This document shows positions 51,317 through 64,000 of a stretch of DNA of 64,000 nt, in pieces. Each line of letters opens with the position of its first letter. Positions within the stretch are counted from its first letter, which is position 1. Under the pieces are notes generated by a model. It searched no databases. It saw only the letters and a list, made by a program, of their open reading frames with translations, and was not told the origin of the DNA. The position numbers were made by a program, and so were the translations under genes. The DNA is from Eledone cirrhosa (lineage: Eukaryota), in NCBI GenBank assembly GCA_964016885.1, contig OZ024740.1:60264001-60328000 (forward strand), given 5' to 3'.

Positions 51317-52664
51317 AATATATGTGACTAATGTGCTATATAGTGTTGTTGCTTTTTATAGTTTGCTTTTCTTACTGTTCATTACTCGCCATATTTTATT
51401 TTACTATTATTTCTTGGTGTTCAATGTTGTGATTTAGAATGGAATAGGAAGGATTTCTTTACTGGAAATTTCTGGTTGGACAAAATTTAATGATCAGCAA
51501 CAAATTATATCTTTAAGTGACATTCATTTACACCCACCCAACCACCACACCACCCACATCCACCAACAACATTATTCAATAATCTGTTACTGAGCACACA
51601 GCAATATTAATTTAACGTTTAAATGCTACAGCCTGTCATTGGTTTAGACAATCTGAATAAAATAATGCAGAAAAGAGATGTGCAAGTAAAGCTTGATAAA
51701 TTCAATAGTCATTTAAAATCTCATGTCATATGGTCGTTATAGCATCTCATTTTTCAATTCTATATTGGGTAGGAAATGTGATATAGTAACGCTAATACCA
51801 CCTGAAAAAATATTGTGCTGTGAGAAATAATTAATATTACTTAATATTTAAAATTATTTTAACGATCCAATTTCCAATTTTGACATGTGACTTTGAGTGA
51901 GAATAAACCATAATTTAAAGTGCCTCATACTATTTTGTAACTATATGTGAAGACCGTTGCATAGGTAGACTGTAAGCTTCCAGTGAACAGAGTCTCCGGC
52001 TAGGTTTGGGGCCTGGCAATAGCTATTTACATTAACACCCACGGGTAACGCATAAACGTTCGATCTGCTAAAGATAGCAGCCAATTATCAATCAAATCAT
52101 ACTCTACGGTTTAAAGAAAAAAAAGGTGAAGTACGTACATTAGATAATTTAGTCCATCACACACACACATACACACATATATATATATAATTATATGTAT
52201 ATATATGTAATTATATACATATATATGTAATTATATACATATATAATTATATACATACATATATATATATATTTAAAAAAATAGAGGTGTGACACACGAA
52301 TTGTGATATATTAGTATAAAGGAAAAGAAAATGCTGACAAATTTTTCTCAGTGAAAAATAGTTTAATTATGAAGTATAAATTAGTAATAAGTATTAGTTA
52401 GTATTCAGTTTTAGTTTTAAGTTTTTACCGGTGGCGCATTTATGCTTTTCAAAAATGATTTTGAGATAAAGTGCTCGTGATTTTTGCTCTAATTTCATAT
52501 ATATATATTCGCATGCCAACATAAGAGTAAGAATGAAGTGTTCATTCTCCTGACATGGCTATAAAATTGAGGCTTGTTTGCAAAATTGCAAACGAATCGA
52601 ATGTTATTAATATTCGAAAAACTCAGATTACATTTATTGTATTCAGCCATGTAGAGCGAAATTT

Positions 52665-52718
<54 letters not shown>

Positions 52719-52841
52719 ATGTTCATATGACTCCAGTTCCCCAGTGAATTAACAACCCACCAAGGAACTGGGCATATCAGAGTATTGACAATATCATACA
52801 CCTAAACAACATATGTACTTGTCTATACCATACTAATTCAA

Positions 52842-52896
52842 ACTGCCTGAAGAGGTCACAGCCAAAGATGGCTGTCACTGAAATATATATAGCAGT
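52842..52896 (+). ncRNA. Minimal type I hammerhead ribozyme, apparently intact
   Basis: Stem I ACTGC/GCAGT; core CTGAAGA; stem II GGTCACAGCCA-AAGA-TGGCTGTCACT (one C-C mismatch); GAAA; short palindromic stem III TATATAT; cleavage triplet AUA; followed by AATAAA. Confidence 0.75.
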
Positions 52897-53056
52897 AATA
52901 AACGAAGCTAAATTTTAATCATTTGACTTTTATTTAACTTTATTTTACACTACTCCGGAGTAACCAAACCAACCTGCGCACTTCGTCGAGTGCTCCAGCC
53001 TGCATACTGAGGTGTTGGTATACAACCAACATAAACTCAAAATCTATATGAAAATG

Positions 53057-53091
<35 letters not shown>

Positions 53092-53513
53092 ATGTTCAAG
53101 ACCCGACGACAAAGCTCAAGCCGTTTCGACAGCTGTTTCTGGACTATATATATATATATATATATAAAATGTATAGTTTTCTGGGGTTTTCTGTGAAGAA
53201 CAGTAACGAATCAGAGTAACGACGGAGTGAAATCTGTTTTGAATAAATTCGTTTACATGTCTTGGGTACTTTTTCTTTCGTTCATAAATATAGAGGTAAA
53301 CATCAAATAAAACAAACTAAATCTGAGCTTGAAGTGTTGACTTTCACCACCATTTCTTCAGTATCCCTGCTATAGAAGTGTATATTCTGCTATAGAAGTG
53401 TATATTCTGAGTGTGTTAGCTGAGTGTTGCACACCTACCAAAGATGGTAAATTCATCATAAATATTTAGCTCACTCCATATATAACAATTCGTAGCTTGA
53501 AGTTAATCTCTTC

Positions 53514-53720
53514 GACAGGTTTGGGGTCGTGCCTCTAGCAGTAGAGACTTCTGGTGTCCTTTACCTCTCTACTTACCACCATAGGCGCTGAGCTGGCCAG
53601 CCGCAGGTGTGAGACTCGCGAGATGGAATGGCTCTTCCAACACATCTCCCTTACCATCCTCCGGGGAAACGCCTCCTCCATTCTGTCCGCCGGGACTGTG
53701 GGGCGGCCAGCACGTGGGAC
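53514..53720 (+). pseudogene. 3' fragment of an RLE-type (CRE-like) non-LTR retrotransposon
   Basis: Translates with one frameshift to RFGVVPLAVETSGV...LLTTIGAELASRRCETREMEWLFQHISLTILRGNASSIL, matching the PxAVETxG...LxQRxSxAIxRGNA end of CRE-clade ORFs. GC-rich island. Confidence 0.75.
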
Positions 53721-55389
53721 CCCATTTGCTCATAATACAGAGAGATGGGGAGGGCGAGAGAGATAGGCTCTTCCCTGTTCGGACACATTTATCAATTCTA
53801 TGTCCAATGAAGTTATGGTTGACTTTTAGTTAATCCTTGAATCCCTATTTTTAAAAAACTGTGGTATTTTTTCTTCTGAGATAGCACAATACATTCTATA
53901 GTTAGCTGTATCATAATGTGCACTGGCGAGATAATAAAGACCAAAGGCAAGAAGGCAAGTTATATTTCACCATCAGACATCTTAATTACGTATTATTTGT
54001 TTTTACAACACTCTTTAAAAAAATATCCTTTCATTCTAGCACTTCGCACTCGGCACTAATTAACTTATTAATTCGCCTACTAGTTTAATTAATTCATTAC
54101 TCCTCTCTTTCTATCTCTATCCAGTTATTCATATTAGCACTCTAGCCTAAAAAAAACTCACGTTTCGCTCTGAAAATGTGTTTGCATAAATTCATTGAAA
54201 ATTTATTAACTGAAATTGATATTCTTTTTTCTTAATTTTGTTTTTGCACTATCAACATATAATCTGACCGAATTTGCTCTCAAATTTAATAATACAGAAA
54301 GAAAGATTAACTCAGACTGAAAATAGTCTAAAGTTTGTATGTTTATTTGGGGGCAACAATTATACATTACTAATAGATTGGTCATGGTAGCATAGTGCAC
54401 CCTTTGATAATAACCACCGTACACAACACATGTGTCTCCCTGCAATTATCGGGATTAGGCAGCTTTAAGTCTTATATTTTTAAATCATGGATTAAAGAGA
54501 GAGTCATAATATAAGAATGAAGCATGTGTCCATATCTATGAATCAGAAACTGGAACTGTTAAGTTGGTGTTTCAGTAACGAGAGTTTGAGAAAAATATGA
54601 TGTTAAAGAGCAAATAATTTTGGAGGTAGATGCGAAAAATACAAACTCTACATTTTCTTGGAAAACTAATGTTGAGGCAAATGGTAAATCATCATCTGTT
54701 GGTGCAAAGAAGTATGCGAGAATTGCAGTAGGTAAAAATATTGACGAGGTTGATGCATTAAGGATTATGTTGTAACAACGTTCGTTGTGGGAAAATACAA
54801 ACTGTTGTTGCCAAACTTATCAGGTAGGTGGGTATCTAGTGACAGAGGAATATGGAGATTTAAAACAGCCATGGAATGAGTAATAAAATTTCCGACGAAA
54901 TCAAACCATTCAATAAGACCTCCAAAAGGATGAAACCAGTTTTCATTGGTGTTCACTATCACGGAGTATGGAAGATTTTAAGAATGAAGCATCCACAGTT
55001 GCACCTGACTTTAGTAAGACTTCGGTGGTTTTCTGCTAGCATGTGTAGTGTGTATATTGATATTATACGCAGGTATATATACATGTAGATATGATACGTC
55101 AAATAAAATCGTAATTGACAATATATAATACATAGAAATTGAACGAAGACTGCGTTACACTGTCTTATTTAATCAGTAACGTAATCCACGATACATTAAA
55201 AAAGACGATATTATATATAAACTGCATTAGGAGCAAATTTAAAGAAGTGAATCTTTAAATAAACAAAATATATTTAATCAACAGCCACGAAATTTAGTAG
55301 ATAAATTATGTAATATTCATTCATTATTTATTCAAAGTAATCCAACTTATTTTACAAACGGGATAAAAAAAAAAAAAACCGTACACAAT

Positions 55390-55419
55390 CCCGCAGACCT
55401 TCCTTTATTATAGTTTAGA
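55390..55419 (-). mobile_element. Possible Helitron 5' terminus
   Basis: The minus strand reads A|TCTAAACTATAATAAAGGAAGGTC, resembling Helitron TC-start 5' ends. The element body was not identified. Confidence 0.3.
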
Positions 55420-55615
55420 TACATTGTTTTGATGCTTGGTTGCGTGAACACAAACGTTATATACTTTTAATGTTAGTATTTGGCTAGAAACCAGCACACC
55501 CGCTAGTTTTGAAAGGCAACGAAACACACGACCCAGTCAACGAATCACGGTATGATAGTAATCATTAAGATTTTTTTACACCAATGAAGATATTTGGACG
55601 AAGTTCTCTTGATGA

Positions 55616-56098
55616 TAGAAAATAATTGTTTCTACTTTTGGCACAAGGCCAGCAATTATCCCAGGGTATTACTGGTACTTTATTTTATCGACCCCATAAG
55701 GATGAATGACAAAGTTAACCTCGGCGGGATTTGAACTCAGACCATAAAGGGCCGTAACTCTTTGCTGCAAAGCATGGTGTCCGACCCTCTACCGATACTA
55801 CCAATAGAAAATAATTGTTTCTACTTTAGGCACAAGATCAGCAATTATCCAGTGCATTACTGGTACTTTATTGTATCGACCCCATAAGGATGAAAGGCAA
55901 AGTCAACCTCGGCGGGATTTGAACTCAGATCGTAAAGAGACGTAACTATGCTGGAAAGCATGGCGTCCGACCGCCTACCGACACTGACTTATAGAATCCA
56001 CTGCCAATAGAAAATAATTGTTTCTACTTTAGGCACAAGGCCAGCAAATTACCCAGTGCATTACTGGTACTTTTTTATTACTGCCAATAGAAAATAAT
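55616..56098 (-). mobile_element. Tandem array of SINE family A (two near-complete copies plus a tail fragment)
   Basis: Junction (CCA)ATAGAAAATAAT repeated at about 55616, 55804, 56007 and 56087 between SINE cores. Confidence 0.9.
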
Positions 56099-56252
56099 AA
56101 TCTTAAGGATGACAAGCAATGGCGAAAAGCTCTCATTAATATCATGAACTACAATCAATAATATTCAATTCAGTAGCTTCACGAAGAACACAGAAAATAA
56201 AACGGAAAAAATGTTTGAAAAAAAATTCCGTACGATGTGGAGATTATTATTT

Positions 56253-56453
56253 TGAAGGATGCGTCGGACACCATGTTTTGTGGCATAGATTCACGGCCCT
56301 TTACGTTCTGAGATGAAATCATGTCGAGATTAGGTTTGTTTTTCATCCTTATGGGGTCGATAAAATAACGCACCAGTAATACATTGTGTCGATTTAATCG
56401 ACTTATCGCTACCCCAAAATTGCTGGCCTTGAGCATATATTAGAAACAATCAT
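56253..56453 (+). mobile_element. SINE family A, diverged
   Basis: TTTCATCCTTATGGGGTCGATAAAATAA core and tail. Confidence 0.8.
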
Positions 56454-56992
56454 TTTGAAGGATTGAAGGCAAGAGAATGTTATCGTAAACTTCAGGTGTC
56501 ACAATAAACGACCTGGCTAGAAGACTCTGTTGGTGATCCTGTTTACTAAGTGGTAATAAGTGGAAAAATAGCGAACGAAGCTTTCGTTGGTGACATCATA
56601 GATGAAGGCGATGAATCATTACCTAAGAAACTTAAACTCTTTGTTCTCAATGTCGTTTTATATAAAGACCTGTTAAAAGAAACTGATATTCAGCAACATT
56701 TGTAGCGTCTCGCAGCCTCAAGAGAACTCATTATCCAGATCCAACATCATCAATGTAAACTACTCAAACTTGACTCATATTTCATCATGCGAATTCGTCC
56801 TAATACGATTTACTTTCGGTTGATTCATCTATACTCTCACCCCAAATTGCTGCAAGTAAAAGTAGCTCTAATGCCACTTCCACCACACCAAGTTCATGTG
56901 TCCTCAATCATAGGTAAAGGAAATAAAAAAATGTACCGTATTACACTTTTCATTCTTATATAATGTAATGTTGAATAATTATTACATACACA

Positions 56993-57246
56993 CATGCGGT
57001 TGTGATTTTCGGACCGGGTGATGCGTTGTGTCCTTGAGCAAGACACTTTATTTTGCGTTGCTCCAGTTCACTAAGCTCTATCTCCCATTGCCTTTCCCTT
57101 GGACAACATCAGTGGCGTGGAGAGGGGAGACTGGTATGCATGGGAGACTTATGGTCTGCCATAAACAACCTAGCCCGGACTTGTGCCTCGGAATAGAACA
57201 TTCTAAGTGCTAATCCCATGGCCATTCATGACTGAAGAAGGCCTTT

Positions 57247-57247
<1 letters not shown>
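56993..57247 (+). mobile_element. SINE family C, truncated
   Basis: Homologous to 41480-41826 in the opposite orientation. Confidence 0.8.
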
Positions 57248-57248
<1 letters not shown>

Positions 57249-57284
<36 letters not shown>

Positions 57285-57408
57285 CGTTCGCGCGTGTGTG
57301 TGTTCGCGCGTGTGTATGTTCGCGCGTGTGTGTGTTCGCGCGTGTGTGTGTTCGCGCGTGTGTATGTTCGCGCGTGTGCGTGTTCGCGCGTGTGCGTGTG
57401 CATGTGTG
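57249..57408. repeat. (GT)n turning into a ~16-bp GTGTTCGCGCGTGTGT minisatellite
   Basis: Direct observation. Confidence 0.92.
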
Positions 57409-58843
57409 CACTTTCCAGGTTTTGTTACTCGATGTAATCTCTCAGGCGAAAGAGAGCTTGAAGGATATTGAACAAGAAAGTCAGAGCAACGAAGAAGTGA
57501 GCTGTAGGCATATATGGGTATGAACTAAGAGTCCAGTCAGCAGGCTAGAGCCAAACCTATTCGTGAACATGTATCCGTGTTTGCAACTATATGCGTATAC
57601 GTGCATCTATCTATCTGTTAATATAATGGATGCATGTAGGTTCGTGCGTGGGTGTCTCTGGTTCTATACGTATATGTGCACGGTGTGTACATTTTCTAAC
57701 AGATGCTGGTTTGTGTTTGTAATAATATCTCACACCTAACCAACCATAATAGTTTTCTAAATTTATAATTCTATCAATAAACTCTACTCCTTTAACTTAA
57801 CTAAAATAGCATCATAAACCACACCGCTCATAGTTCTGCTTGACTGATTTTATAACATCTTCATTATCACATAATTTAGACTTTGGTGCTTTTACTAGGT
57901 AGATCAACAACGGGGGAAGCTATTAGCGAACAGAAATTTAGATAATAAACATAAAGAGATAAAATGAAGGAGAACAAATTAAAGGAAAGGGTAATAGAAG
58001 TAGAACATTCTCTGCACTTTCCAGGGAGGTAAATCTCAACTGCACCCCTGGGACAAGATAATACAGGAGGTCTCAACAGCAACCGGCATAGAAAGACATC
58101 GGTTGGTCAAAGCCTGGAGTTGGTTATCTTCCGCTTCTCTGTCCGAATTTGTGGTGGAGACGATAGGTTTACGCCAGTGAATGTGTCGCAGAATGTGGAA
58201 TTCCAGATTAGTGATTTACTCACCTCGAACGGGAAAACGATTGTCTCGTCTAGCACCTACCATCAACGTGGGGAATGCCGACAGACTAGAATTTTGCCGG
58301 GAAAACGTCAAAACAATCAACAGAAGTCTCCACTAAGACATAAACATGCCTAACCACTGCATGAAATTGTCAACACACCACCATCCAGACTACTTAACTT
58401 GGCTACTCGTAATTCTAATGACAATTAAAAAGATGAACAACGTTGATTCCTTCCAATTCACGGTTAACTGCCCACAGAAAAATCACATTTTTCTCAGATT
58501 TGTAGATTGGAGCAGCATGAAATAGAGTGTCTTATTTAACTCATCGCCGGGACTCGAAAGAACACACACAACATTACAACCCTAGACACCTACCAGAACA
58601 GGTTAAATGAACACAACCCACAATATTCTAGATTTAAAAAGCAACTGAAACGACTCCAACAACTCCAAATAGTCACTGACACACACACACACTCACACTT
58701 ATGACTATAGAGCAATAACCCATACATTCAGAAAACACAACTCTTCCCCATAATTAACATATTACAACTAACTCTTTCCACCAATTACTGACAATACCAG
58801 ACCCAAGTGCAAGAATATTGACAAAAAAATTCGAACTCCCTGT

Positions 58844-58903
<60 letters not shown>

Positions 58904-59228
58904 CGAAGGAAGTGTGGTAAGGAACCATGTGGACCATAACGCACCAGAGTACTGTTTGATATGATAATACTGCTATGTTTTGATTCCATGCCCATATATG
59001 GACTGTACGCCTTGATAAGTTCAGATAGATTACTACCATCCTAACACTACTGGGTTAGTTCAGATCTAGCTGTCGAAACGTCGGGGTCCTGACTCTTTTC
59101 TGTGTGTGTATTCAGAATATTCCCTTTTATAGATGTTCAATGCTTGAGTCAAATTATCTACCAGAGTTTAGAGTAATTTACTCCAAATCTAAAACATATC
59201 AACTCTATTTAAAGAGATGCTAAAATAC

Positions 59229-59407
59229 CAGACCTGTCAACTCTCCCCGTCCGAGGGGTAGATCTCCCCCACTTTGGTGTCTTCTTTTGTAAAAATGGGT
59301 ATAGCTTTTTTATGTAAATCCCCCCCATTTTGCCTCATTTCTCCTAGTTTTGGGGCACTTTTTTTCATGGTACTCCATGTTTGGGTTTTTAGGGGTTGGC
59401 AAGTCTG
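59229..59407. mobile_element. MITE with a 6-bp target-site duplication
   Basis: TIRs CAGACCTGTCAAC / GTTGGCAAGTCTG, with AAATAC on both flanks (59223-59228 and 59408-59413). Confidence 0.65.
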
Positions 59408-59903
59408 AAATACGTATAGGGAAGTTCCGGTTTGATTATCTTTTTTATAACTGAATCCATATCTTTATAAGTCTCGTAGAGGACAAAGCACTAGATTAAT
59501 ATCATGAACGATGTTCTATTATTATATTTTCTGATTCAAGTGATAAAAAGTGTTTTATTAGAGTAATATATTCAATGGTAAAGTATGAAGCTGGTATATA
59601 TAAATGTTACATGAAAGTTTCACCATACAAATTGCACGTTAATTTCTTATTATTAGGTATGTTCTGCTCTCCACAGATTGAATGCCATTGATCCCCTAAT
59701 GTTATCCAGAGTTAATTACGAGAATGTACATGGGGTGGGGCTCCATGGTAAATGAATCAAATGTAATCCTTGGTGGAATTTGAACTCAGAATGCAAAGGG
59801 ATGGAACACATCACTAGGTCCCCCACTAAGCAGTTTAACGATACGGTTAGTTAACCGTTTTGGACAGGTACTGTATTAATCGATGTCGAAAAGATGAAGT
59901 GTA

Positions 59904-60002
59904 GTTACTCTGGAGTTTCACCTGTCTCTCAGAGTCATCAGACAAAAACAATTCTTGTCTAATGAACCTGTGATAAACAAGTGAAACTCCACAGTAACAA
60001 GA
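59904..60002. ncRNA. Head-to-head pair of degenerate hammerhead motifs
   Basis: Plus strand: TCTTGT-CTAATGA-ACCTGT(GATAA)ACAAGT-GAAACTCCACAGTA-ACAAGA. Minus strand: CTGATGA-CTCTGAGAGACAGGT-GAAACTCCAGAGTA. Both carry disabling-looking changes. Confidence 0.55.
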
Positions 60003-60090
60003 CTCACTATTTAGCCTAAATAGAATATATATTAAAACTCTACTTCAGTACTGAGTACTCTTTTCTCACATCCGCCACCCCACCCTCCTA

Positions 60091-60132
<42 letters not shown>

Positions 60133-60134
<2 letters not shown>

Positions 60135-60233
60135 GGGTGTCCCCCAAAAAATGTATACACACTTCAACAGCTTTCTAATAAATATTGCCTGTACAGGTAA
60201 TCAAAGTGTGTATACATTTTTTGAGACACCATG
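60133..60233. mobile_element. Tc1/mariner-type MITE
   Basis: About 30-bp TIRs (AGGGTGTCCCCCAAAAAATGTATACACACTT / AAGTGTGTATACATTTTTTGAGACACCATG) flanked by TA. Confidence 0.75.
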
Positions 60234-61063
60234 TATATGTGTGTGTGTTTAGCATGTCTTTAATAGTATATACGTTTCCATTAGAAAGAAATCAAAAAAT
60301 GATTTCGGTATGAATATTTCGGTAAGAAGTGCGTTAGCTTTCAAAGTGAATTGGATTGGTTTATTTGGGTATAAAAATGTTGTTGATCGTTTCCTATTAT
60401 GTATTTTGTGCAAAAATGCGTAAAAATCTGAAAAGAGCAAAACATTTTGAGAAAGGATATACCTTCAGTTTTTGAACTCTAAAAACCAAGTGAAATATAT
60501 TTACGCTAATGCTTTGCCATAACCTTACATATAGTGCATTTTAACAGCACTTTCATGGGAAAATCAGTGAAGTGAAAATTAATTTGTTAAGAAAGCTGGA
60601 ACAAATCCAATGCCGAATCAATATGTCTATTGATAAACTGAAGCTGGCTAGATAGATAATTATATATATGTATATACATATATATATATATACACGCACG
60701 CACACCCATATAAATACGCAAAGCACAATACATAAATGCATACATACATGCATAATATATACACCTAATGATTAGTATATTCGGTGTGTAAATCCACTCA
60801 ACTATGCAAATATATGACAATGTAACTGTAAAAGCATTGAGGATTTTATTATGTATTTTTATGAAACGGACAATAGTGTACTTAATCCTGATAGAGTCTA
60901 CATTTATACTGAATCGTTTCCTCCGGTAAAGATAACTACGGTAAGGATTGTTGCCTGGATATGATGGCCTAGTTTTTTTTAGATCGATATTAATCAATAA
61001 TTAAAACAAAATGTCGAGTAGCGTCTAATTTATACACACACTCATGTATAAATATATATATAA

Positions 61064-61107
<44 letters not shown>

Positions 61108-61160
61108 GTGTGTGTGTGTGTGTGTGTGTGTATTTATATATATATATACATATATATATA

Positions 61161-61190
61161 TTAGCAGAGGTACCCGGTGATGCCCGGGTA
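61161..61190 (-). mobile_element. Helitron 3' terminus (hairpin + CTRR)
   Basis: Hairpin TACCCGG-N6-CCGGGTA. The minus strand then ends CCTCTGCTAA|T (CTRR), downstream of and co-oriented with the helicase remnant. Confidence 0.7.
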
Positions 61191-61749
61191 TTTGATGAAA
61201 GTTATAATATATTTTGACCAATGAAATATGAATATAGAATTTTAACTAAAGTAGGAATTATAGCAGAATATTTATTGTCGCTTGTTCAAAGCAAATTATC
61301 TAGATAAAGATAAAAATAAAAATATTAATTTTGTCCAGTGTTGTTTTTTTAATACTGCTCCCTAGTTCAGCCAGCATATATAATGCTTCACACCTTGATG
61401 AATCATTATGTATGTTGTCAGTGAAAAGGGCATGACGAAAAAATACATTTGGATTTTATTTATTTATCCTTTTTGTTTTTTGGCATAATCAGAACCTCTG
61501 ACAAAACAACACGTGAAGGCTATTTTGAAAACCATAAATAAAATGAAATAAAATAAAATAAAATAAATTTAGCATTGGTTTCTGAATGAGTGAAACATTT
61601 ACTGACTCATTTCTCTAATTCAGGAAAGTGTATTTAAAATTTTACACTGTAACTTTAACCAACCTTTTTCTCTATGGCAGTAGGATCGTGGTTGAGGGAG
61701 CTTTGTTTTCTGTTTCTTTTAGGTATGCCAACAGTTATAGTGGCTCTCA

Positions 61750-61750
<1 letters not shown>

Positions 61751-61780
<30 letters not shown>

Positions 61781-62215
61781 CATACATACATACATACATA
61801 CATACATACATACATGGTGGCTGCTAATTCGTTTTCGAGTACGGCCACTACTTTATATCCATGTAGGAGAACCCCTACCGATGCGCTGAACGAGTGTGAC
61901 TTATTAGTCCAGCCAGTGACTTGAAAACTCTGGTACAAACACTACACTTGTGACAATTATTGACACATAGTGCTGGGCCCATGGTACCCTGTGACGACAA
62001 GTGCAGAGAGATCTCCAGATATAAAGCAAGGCCTGTGCCGTGAAGTTTTATAGTGAGCAAAGGCACTGCACAAAGCCAGTCCCACTCTCTTAACCAAGAT
62101 GATATTTACCAAAAAGAAGAACAAGTCAACATCATTGGATACCATCAGGGTTGCAGGTGTTATATCAGAGTTTTCCTTCTAGAATTCTGCCTTGACAAAG
62201 GCGTCATCTAAGGAG
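61751..62215 (-). mobile_element. Probable RTE-clade LINE 3' fragment with a terminal C2H2-like motif and (TATG)n tail
   Basis: The ORF end CSVCTRVFKSLAGLISHTRSAHR* fits C-x2-C-x12-H-x4-H. A ~60-bp 3' UTR and then a (TATG)n tail follow on the same strand. Confidence 0.55.
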
Positions 62216-62243
62216 TCATAATACATACATATATACTTACATA

Positions 62244-62390
<147 letters not shown>

Positions 62391-62434
62391 AAGACTTGGC
62401 TTTGATTTGAAATGGATCTTGCTAATACTTCTGG

Positions 62435-63955
62435 TAGATCTACCAGGTCCAACCCAACGACTTTCAACGATTGACCTCGAGATTTATTGATGTTCATGGC
62501 AAAATTGATTCTGATAGGAAATTGAAACCTTTGAAAATCAAACGCCAAATCAATTGCCTTCAGAGGTACTTTGGGAATGAAACAATTGTCACCAACAAAT
62601 TTCCCTAACATGACTGCGATTTCTAGGACATTAGGCATCATATTTTTAATAATGAGTCTTGTGACATTGCAAACTTTTGGAAGTAGCATAACCGAGGCTC
62701 CAAGCTTCAGTAACAGGTTGTGTAGAGGAATCCCTGCAAGTTCAACAACCTAGTCTTGGGAAGTGATTGTGTCAATTGGTTTGTAGCAACTTTTCTCTCC
62801 CGGTAACATGTCCAGCAGTCTTCTGTTGATTTCTTTCACTTCAATATTTTTCGGTGCTAACATTGCTCGTTCTCAGAGACATTTGGGATCACATTGTCTG
62901 ATCTGAATGTTTCGAAAAAAAAACTCTGGCAATCAGTTCTTGTTCTGTTTCAATGATATAGCCAAATGACAGCTGAATCTCGTCGTTAGAGTCCTTTTCA
63001 AGAAGCCAATTTCCCAGTTTAAGTAGTTGAATGGCAAACTCACTAACACCTTCATCACCATTTAAGTGCTCGCATATTGGTTGTAAGGCTCAGCCACTAA
63101 AAGCGGGGCCAGAGATAGGATGTTTTCAGACAGGCATTGATCGGGTCAGCTCGGGTTCTTAGAGGAATTACAGGTTAAGTTGGTCTGAAATCACCAACAA
63201 GAACCATTATCACCCCTCCCATTATGCAAGTATTGTCTCTCAGACCTTTTATTGTCCAGGCAAAAGCTTCAATTGCTCGTTTATGGCACATGGTGGTTTA
63301 ATCTCAAATTATCATCTTGCATGATTGCGGAAGATTATCCAGGGGTGAGTTATTCTTGATGTTGGAAAAAATTCATCATACCTATAGGCAGTGTGCATTC
63401 TTCATCCATCCAGTAGTGATGCTGCAATGCCACATGAAGCCACATCAAGGGAAATATGTTGCTTTTGCCGAACTTTTGCCGAGCTTTTGCGAGCAGGAGG
63501 TTTATGAGGAACGTCGTATCTATGCCAGCAGGAGCATCGATGAAGAAAGGTCCTCCCCTGTCATTTTGAATGTTTTCCTTGATATTGTGGTAGAGGTATT
63601 TTTACTCGTTCGCCAATCGAGGTTAATTTCCTCCGTTTCTTCATGGCTCTGGCATCTGCAGTTAGCTAATGTGTTATTCAATGCCTGATCGATGGAATAG
63701 ATCACAGACAGCTTGATTGCAAATCCTGGGAGGTATATTCCATATACATATCGAGCTAGCTGTAGATAGTCGTCTGGCATATTCTTTTTGTACTCCTGCC
63801 TGAGTAGATGAGCTTCGTCAATTCCACATGCTGTGAATATAATAGCAAGCAACTGTCTTATTTGACTGGTTACTCGAGTGACTGCTGCTTCTAGGGTCTT
63901 CTTCCAATGTCCATTGTCATGTAGGAGTCCATGCTGTTGACATGCTTCTATGTAT
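62435..63955 (-). pseudogene. Helitron RepHel remnant, PIF1-family helicase domain
   Basis: Minus-strand pieces: GGPFFIDAPAGIDTTFLINLLLAK (decayed Walker A), ASCGIAASLLDG, TMCHKRAIEA...MGGVIMVLVGDFRPT*PVIP...ACLK, and CNVTRL...FQRFQFPIRINFAMNINKSRGQSLKVVGLDL. Many stops and frameshifts. Confidence 0.92.
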
Positions 63956-64000
63956 TTCGAATATATGTGTGTGTGTGTGTGTGTGTTATTTATTTCCGTA

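Noticed and set aside
54560-54980. Decayed coding sequence of a transposon
   Set aside because: The composition looks coding-like, but all frames I translated contain stops and no motif was recognisable.
58090-58340. Minus-strand exon ending at a GAG|GTGAGT donor near 58222
   Set aside because: There is no convincing acceptor or recognisable peptide. It may be TE-derived GC-richer sequence.

Overview
AT-rich, repeat-dense eukaryotic genomic DNA. The SINE families and dense (TA)n/(CA)n tracts suggest an octopod cephalopod (inference from recalled repeat families, not a search). About 31% of the window (2784-22882) is one uninterrupted tandem array of roughly 515 copies of a 39-bp palindrome-rich monomer with higher-order duplications. 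Its very long ORFs are best explained as repeat artefacts, and it is not a CRISPR array. The rest is intron/intergenic-like. It holds many tRNA-derived SINEs of about four families, MITEs, CR1-, RTE- and CRE-type LINE 3' fragments, a decayed Helitron PIF1 helicase with its 3' terminus, and several minimal hammerhead-ribozyme motifs (one apparently intact, two as head-to-head pairs). There are also long inverted duplications and a candidate + strand gene start (promoter motifs plus two possible first coding exons at 32925 and 36247) whose product I cannot name. No complete protein-coding gene is visible. Coordinates were read by eye, and the ends of degenerate repeats are approximate.
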